Shown: positions 58,839-64,000 of the stretch, piece by piece
Position numbering within the stretch: position 1 is the first letter of the stretch
Layout: every line of letters starts with the position of its first letter
IMG/VR virus record: IMGVR_UViG_3300005613_000050
Span: 4,927-68,926 of that record
Source: a virus
Direction: 5' to 3' (one strand)
DNA: 64,000 bases
Made by a program: the position numbers and the translations under genes
The notes under the pieces: model-generated
The model's database searches: none
The model's input: the letters and a program-made list of their open reading frames with translations, nothing else
Told to the model about the DNA's origin: nothing

Positions 58839-59771
58839 ATGCGTGAAGTACGTTACTTATCACCAACCTCTGTTAAGAAGTATCTTACAGACCGTGAACA
58901 ATTCTTTATTGATTACATGGCTGATGAGCGTGAGGATCGTATGCCTCAGACTCAAGCCATGTCAGTTGGTTCAGCTTTTGATGCTTATGTTAAAGCCTAT
59001 TTATATAAGGAGCTTGCTTGCGGGAGTGATGCTGCGTTTGAGTTAGCAACTCTTTTAGAAACACAAGTAGAACCACATAATCTTGATTTCGCCCGTGAAG
59101 CAGGACGTAAATGTTTTGATGCTTATAAGGGCTTTGGTTGTATAGCTGATCTCATGCTTATGCTGACAGCCGGTACTAATCCACGCTTTGAGTTTACGCT
59201 TGAAGGTTCTATTGATCCTGTTACTATGAAGCTTGGAGACTCTGGGGTGACGCTCTTAGGCAAGCCGGATATGCACTTTATTAATAAAGACGGGTGTGGT
59301 GTCATACTGGACTGGAAAGTTAATGGCTATTGTTCTAAGCGTAAGCCCTCTCCAACACGTGGTTACTTGAATATGGTTCCTCAAGGCAAGTCGCATAAGG
59401 ATGCTATACCTGGATATATTAATGGCGTATTGTGTAATATTGCTTGCTACTTGGATACAGGCTCTGAGGACTGGGGGCGCCAATTGGCTATATATGGTTG
59501 GCTAATGGGTGAGGCTGTTGGTAGTGAGTTTATTACGGGTATCGACCAGTTGGTTTGTTGTAATGGTACGATACATGGTGTTGCTCAGCATCGCTCACGT
59601 ATTAATCCTGCTTATCAGCACGCTCTATTTGATAATGTCTGTGACATATGGAAACGAACAAGAGAAGGCGGTCACTTCTTTGATGATATGTCCTATACTG
59701 ATTCAATCGAAAGGTGTAAGGTTCTTAATGGCAGCTTCGGAGAGCCTATGGACTTTAGGCGGGAACTATAA
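58839..59771 (+). CDS. PD-(D/E)XK exonuclease (RecB-like)
   Basis: YLSPTS, GSAFD, GKPD, ILDWK, QLAIY. Confidence 0.8.
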   Translation: MREVRYLSPTSVKKYLTDREQFFIDYMADEREDRMPQTQAMSVGSAFDAYVKAYLYKELACGSDAAFELATLLETQVEPHNLDFAREAGRKCFDAYKGFGCIADLMLMLTAGTNPRFEFTLEGSIDPVTMKLGDSGVTLLGKPDMHFINKDGCGVILDWKVNGYCSKRKPSPTRGYLNMVPQGKSHKDAIPGYINGVLCNIACYLDTGSEDWGRQLAIYGWLMGEAVGSEFITGIDQLVCCNGTIHGVAQHRSRINPAYQHALFDNVCDIWKRTREGGHFFDDMSYTDSIERCKVLNGSFGEPMDFRREL

Positions 59772-59793
59772 GTTACTAACTTAGGAGAATAAA

Positions 59794-60054
59794 ATGCACG
59801 ACAAAGACTTTAACATGCTTGAACACCGTGCGAAACGATGCACAACACATCACTATGGATGTGATTGCCGAGAATACGAACGGATAAAGGCTTTAAGAAA
59901 AGTAGAAGAGCAAGCAGAAGAGATCGAGCGGTTGCTTAAGGGGATACACCTTCTCGGCGCGATGTGCGGCAATCCGCATTCCGGTGATGAAGCGTGTCGG
60001 TTGATTTTGAAGAAGTGCAAGGAACTTAAAGCCCAAGCGGGCTGGGAGGCGTGA
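59794..60054 (+). CDS. Hypothetical protein
   Basis: CTTHHYGCDCRE motif; AGGAG RBS. Confidence 0.6.
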   Translation: MHDKDFNMLEHRAKRCTTHHYGCDCREYERIKALRKVEEQAEEIERLLKGIHLLGAMCGNPHSGDEACRLILKKCKELKAQAGWEA

Positions 60055-60452
60055 TGAGCGAACAATCGGTAGTGGGTACAACTGCATTAGCACATGGAGA
60101 CACTCTTAATTTTCTTCACCGTTCCAGAGATGATGTTAAAGTACATGAAGACACAGAGAGTGCCCAGCAAGCTATCAACGAAGCAACGGCGGAGAAGGAT
60201 AAAGAGATTGAACAGTTGAAGGCAAGACTTATAAAAGCCCATGTATGTCCGGACTGTTTGGCCGAGACAGGAGGTGAAGTGATGAATAATTTTATTATGC
60301 CCGCGGCATATGGAGTCTTAACAGGTTTATCTATAAACATATATGCTAAGCTATATAAATATGACTGTGATTTAAAAGTTTATGCACTATTTTGTCTTTG
60401 TGTCTCTCTTGCGTTATATGGTAATTGCATGATGCAGATTGGTAAGAGATGA
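60051..60452 (+). CDS. Hypothetical protein (mosaic, C-terminal TM segment)
   Basis: ATAEKDKEIEQLKA module; internal GGAGG RBS before MNNF. Confidence 0.55.
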   Translation: MMSEQSVVGTTALAHGDTLNFLHRSRDDVKVHEDTESAQQAINEATAEKDKEIEQLKARLIKAHVCPDCLAETGGEVMNNFIMPAAYGVLTGLSINIYAKLYKYDCDLKVYALFCLCVSLALYGNCMMQIGKR

Positions 60453-60742
60453 TTGGTTGGGTTAGGCGCGGTAAACGGGTTAAACACTTTAAAATAGTTG
60501 GCGACTATATTACTGTGCCTAAAGGTTCTTCGCCTACTGCGGTGCTTAGTTGGTTAGGCTGTAGGGTCGAGGTAGGAAAAGGTAGGTTATGTTGGTGCAA
60601 GATTCTTAAGCCTAAAGGTGAGAAGTTACTAACTCGTTGTAAATATTATAAAATAAAAGGAGGTGTAAATCATCTTAGAATCTTGAAGTATTTGAACAAA
60701 GGAAAAAATGTTGGTTACATAAAAACGTGTAAGCCCGTTTAA
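60449..60742 (+). CDS. Basic hypothetical protein
   Basis: ATGA overlap; last gene before terminator. Confidence 0.45.
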   Translation: MIGWVRRGKRVKHFKIVGDYITVPKGSSPTAVLSWLGCRVEVGKGRLCWCKILKPKGEKLLTRCKYYKIKGGVNHLRILKYLNKGKNVGYIKTCKPV

Positions 60743-60750
60743 ACGAAATA

Positions 60751-60787
60751 AAAGGATACCCCTACCTTGGGGTATCCTTTCCTTTTA
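60751..60787 (+). terminator. Intrinsic terminator ending the right arm
   Basis: AAAGGATACCCC-TACCTT-GGGGTATCCTTT-CCTTTT. Confidence 0.85.
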
Positions 60788-61246
60788 ATGTTGCTCTACG
60801 GGCATTGTAGGTGCCTTAAACGGCAAAATAAGAGCAGGGTTCTGGGCGTTTTTACGCTCGATTTTGATGGAAAATAGCAGTATCCTGTAAGTCCTTATAT
60901 ACCAACAGTCTAAGTGGCTTTTTTTCAAAAATCTTATAACTCCTTGTCAGGCAAAGGGTTGAAAAAACTACTCGAAAGTGGAAAATCTATTGTTATATAT
61001 ATAAATTTTTATTTTTTCCTCTATATTAAAGGATATTTAGAAAAAAGATAGACTTTCCAAGTCCTTGTCAGAACTAGGGTTATGAGACTACGACAAACGT
61101 TTGAAATAGAACTCATTGCTATATAAGGACTTACAAGAAAAAAAGATAGTTATTACATAAATGTATCAGAAATTTCGGCGAAACGCTATAAATAGGCATT
61201 TGTAAAATTAGGCATTTGTAAGATGTATATATAAGAGTTTATAACT

Positions 61247-61405
61247 TAAGAATATTAGGTCTATGGCTCTTAGAATATTAGGTCTATGGTTCTTAGAATA
61301 TTAGGTTCTTAGAATATTAGAATATTAGGTTCTTAGAATATTAGGTTCTTAGAATATTAGAATATTAGAATATTAGGTTCTATAGCTCTAAGGGTATTAG
61401 GTTCT
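61247..61405. repeat. Degenerate TTAGAATA/TTAGGTTC 8-mer array
   Basis: Direct reading. Confidence 0.9.
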
Positions 61406-61619
61406 TGTAGCTCTATTCTGTTGAGTTAATAACTTGTTGAAAAAATAAATTTTTATCAGATTTTTCGCCGAAAAAGGCGTTTTGCTAGTCGATTGGCACT
61501 TTGTAAGAACCGTAGAACCCTATTTTATAGGCAAAAGTTCACTATATTTAGGCTCAAGAACTCATATTTAGGCTGTAAGAACCGTAGAATATAGAACTTG
61601 AGTTACTAAATTCTATGTG

Positions 61620-61760
61620 CTATCAGGCTATCAGGCTGTTAGGCTGTTGAGTTATCAGGCTGTTAGGCTGTTAGGCTGTTAGGCTGTTAAGTTATTAAGC
61701 TGTCAGGCTGTCAGTCTCAGGCTGTCAGGCTGTCAGGCTGTGCTGTCAGGCTGTCAGGTT
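61620..61760. repeat. (C/T)AGGCTGT 8-mer array
   Basis: Direct reading. Confidence 0.9.
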
Positions 61761-61801
61761 GTTGAGTTACTAAATTCTACGGTTCTGACAGCCTAACAAC
61801 C

Positions 61802-61866
61802 TATAAATATATAAATATATAAATATATAAATATATAAATATATAAATATATAAATATATAACTAT
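61802..61866. repeat. ATATATAA 8-mer array (about 7 copies)
   Basis: Direct reading. Confidence 0.92.
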
Positions 61867-61998
61867 AAAACACAGCCCACCCACCCACCGACCCGCTTCT
61901 CCCTTACGTTCAAGGGAACCAAAAAGTTAGTAACTTAAATTAAATTTACGTTTGAGTTAATAACTCAAAATATGGTGGATCGTGTCAAAATGACACTG

Positions 61999-62098
61999 TC
62001 AAAATGACCTGTAGGATAATCCAACATATCAAAATGACCTGTAGGATAATCCAACATATCAAAATGACCTGTAGGATAATCCAACATATCAAAATGAC
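61999..62098. repeat. 30-bp tandem repeat x3 (TCAAAATGACCTGTAGGATAATCCAACATA)
   Basis: Direct reading. Confidence 0.92.
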
Positions 62099-62122
62099 TC
62101 TTTCAGCGAGTTACTAAATCAA

Positions 62123-62570
62123 CATAGCCTATCAGTCATAAAGTATAGTCTTATAGTTTATAAAGTATACTGATAGCCTATCGACCTATAAGTATAGCCT
62201 TATAGACCGATAGAGTATACTGATAGCCTATCGACCTATAAGTATAGTCTTATAGTTTATAAAGTATACTGATAGCCTATCGACCTATAAGTATAGCCTT
62301 ATAGACCGATAGAGTATACTGATAGCCTATCGACCTATAAGTATAGCCTTATAGACCGATAGAGTATACTGATAGCCTATCGACCTATAAGTATAGTCTT
62401 ATAGACCGATAGAGTATACTGATAGCCTATCGACCTATAAGTATAGCCTTATAGACCGATAGAGTATACTGATAGCCTATCAGTCATAAAGTATAGCTTT
62501 ATAGACCGATAGAGTATACTGATAGCCTATCAGTCATAAAGTATAGCTTTATAGACCGATAGAGTATACT
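62123..62570. repeat. 49/50-bp tandem repeat x9
   Basis: GATAGCCTATCGACCTATAAGTATAGCCTTATAGACCGATAGAGTATACT and variants. Confidence 0.95.
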
Positions 62571-62722
62571 GATACACTATGCACCATATAAAAAGAGCTT
62601 GCTCTTTTGCCTTGTTTTGTAGTCAATTTTTTGATACACTATGCACCCTATAAAAAGAGCTTGCTCTTTTGCCTTGTTTTGTAGTCAATTTTTTTTGACC
62701 AGATAAAAAGAGCTTGCTCTCT
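62570..62722. repeat. About 62-bp direct repeat x2 plus partial third
   Basis: TGATACACTATGCACC..AAAAAGAGCTTGCTCTTTTGCCTTGTTTTGTAGTCAATTTTT. Confidence 0.85.
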
Positions 62723-63270
62723 TAAGTTAGAAAATCGACGAAAAAAGTTGATTATGCCATGTATGCCGTTTAAATCGCCATAGAGCGTGTTTAATGTTTT
62801 TCCGGTACTATCACCTTCGGCGGTGGAGTACATACTTTTATGTGGTATGAAAAAACTTTTTTGTGTGGAATGGTACTTGCTATTATATACCTTTTATATA
62901 TGGAGTTCCTTGCTTTATCTTGTAAGCCTATGGCATATAGAGACTTATAAAAATCTACATTATGGTAGGTGGTTAAATCTTTACATATCAAGGACTTATG
63001 AAATAATCGACTTTCCTACTATATGGTAGATTCTGGAAAATATCTTGTAAAGTGTTGATATGTAAGGACTTGCAAGAATACCTAAAAACATATCCTACCA
63101 TAATGTAGTAAATCTGCTTTCTTTGTATATCTTGTAAGTCGTTGACATATAAGAAGTTATATTTTTTTTCGTGTCTGGCACAAGTCTTGCTTTATATAAA
63201 GTGTTGTTTGATTGAGAGTTTATGGCTTACTCAAGACGGTTTTTAGAGTTGTTACTCAAAAGGGAGAAAA

Positions 63271-63585
63271 ATGGATACTGTTAAACTGATGCACTATGCG
63301 ACCGAGTATGTACACGAACACGAGCGTAATCAGGTACTAGAGCGCGCCCTCATTGATGAAATTATGCGTAGCGGTGAGTTGGCGTATATGATTCACAATG
63401 GCACGATCCGCCCAATTGACCAACTATTGCATACCGGAGGAACCATCTACGCACAATGTGGAGATGATGTTGTTATGATCTGTTTTTGTGCCGATGGGTG
63501 CATCCGCGCATTGACCGACACCCCCGCCGCCGATATTGCAACAATCAAAGAGATGAACAGGAAGCATATTGAAGACTACAGATAA
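63271..63585 (+). CDS. Hypothetical protein
   Basis: GGGAG RBS; first gene after the non-coding region. Confidence 0.6.
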   Translation: MDTVKLMHYATEYVHEHERNQVLERALIDEIMRSGELAYMIHNGTIRPIDQLLHTGGTIYAQCGDDVVMICFCADGCIRALTDTPAADIATIKEMNRKHIEDYR

Positions 63586-63635
63586 TTTTTTCCGGCAATG
63601 TTGCCGGAGTTGTTAACTTAAAAAAGGAGAACAAA

Positions 63636-64000
63636 ATGTACGCAAACGAAAAGGCAGTAATGAAAAGTTTTGAAACGTTGACAGTATGGGCGAAAAACCC
63701 GCGCACTAAGAGTGACGAAGTACAAACGGAAAGCCTTGGCTTATCTCTCAAACAAGGTTATGACGCGCGGTACCCTATGGTAGTTTTTCCGGCGGGTGAT
63801 GACGGCACCCACGCAGTCATTCAAGGCAACAAGCGCCTTACTTGTCTTCAGAGTATGACAGAGCAAGAGCGTGCAGTCTGTCTTGTCAACAATGAAATTC
63901 CCTGCATTATTTTTGACGGGAGCGAAGAAGACGCCATGTTATTGGCACTCAATGACAAAGGCACTGGCACCGATGAAAAAGAACTGTACGACATCGAAAA
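63636..64000 (+). CDS. ParB-like protein 3 (partial, runs off window)
   Basis: AAGGAG RBS; MYANEKAV..KNPR..LSLKQG..PMVV..VIQGNKRLTCL..IPCII. Confidence 0.7.
   Translation, partial: MYANEKAVMKSFETLTVWAKNPRTKSDEVQTESLGLSLKQGYDARYPMVVFPAGDDGTHAVIQGNKRLTCLQSMTEQERAVCLVNNEIPCIIFDGSEEDAMLLALNDKGTGTDEKELYDIE

Larger units (their letters stand above)
2921..61966. repeat. Dispersed 13-bp palindrome RAGTTA-N-TAACTY (often TGAGTTANTAACTCA)
   Basis: About 50 exact copies counted by eye (e.g. near 2921, 3623, 6012, 7980, 10851, 12251, 15631, 17571, 20268, 20325, 24781, 30424, 34378, 36412, 45380, 52843, 59770, 61954) plus about 25-30 one-mismatch copies. Confidence 0.95.

Noticed and set aside
62123-62570. 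CRISPR array
   Set aside because: Units are contiguous near-identical repeats with no unique spacers; no cas genes seen
62648-63029. Short ORFs in the non-coding region
   Set aside because: No convincing RBS, atypical composition, and they overlap repeat and binding-site arrays
62955-63110. NrdR boxes
   Set aside because: CTAC-N6-GTAG spacing is shorter than the NrdR consensus and no reductase gene follows
1-64000. Stop-codon reassignment
   Set aside because: Long genes are intact in the standard code and TAA, TAG and TGA all end genes; the only full tRNA is Leu(TAA)

Overview
Most of a tailed (siphovirus-like) dsDNA phage genome, roughly 35% GC by eye, standard genetic code. There are three transcription blocks. 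(1) A + strand virion operon (1-27.3 kb): probable portal end, scaffold, P22-like coat, head-tail and tail genes with a -1 frameshift chaperone, tape measure, tail tip and fibre, holin/spanin-like genes, then an 8-gene glycosyltransferase/radical SAM/sulfotransferase cluster. (2) A - strand arm (33.85 to 27.3 kb) with a primase-helicase, DUF5664, a DEDDh exonuclease and small cassettes. (3) A + strand replication/accessory arm (34.5-60.7 kb) with two ParB proteins, SNF2 helicase, PolA, sigma factor, tRNA-Leu, ligase, ThyX and many small genes. A 2.5 kb repeat-rich non-coding region follows, then a third ParB-like gene. No integrase, terminase, ParA, prohead protease or endolysin is recognisable in the window. 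Most striking: (a) a 13-bp palindrome RAGTTA-N-TAACTY, about 50 exact copies counted by eye, spread through genes, terminators and promoters, alongside three ParB-family paralogues; (b) a shared N-terminal Y[QE]IKW[VI]G leader on scaffold, coat and major tail protein, with a standalone C39-like peptidase as candidate processing enzyme; (c) a putative virion glycosylation/sulfation locus. All family calls are from motif recognition, not database searches.
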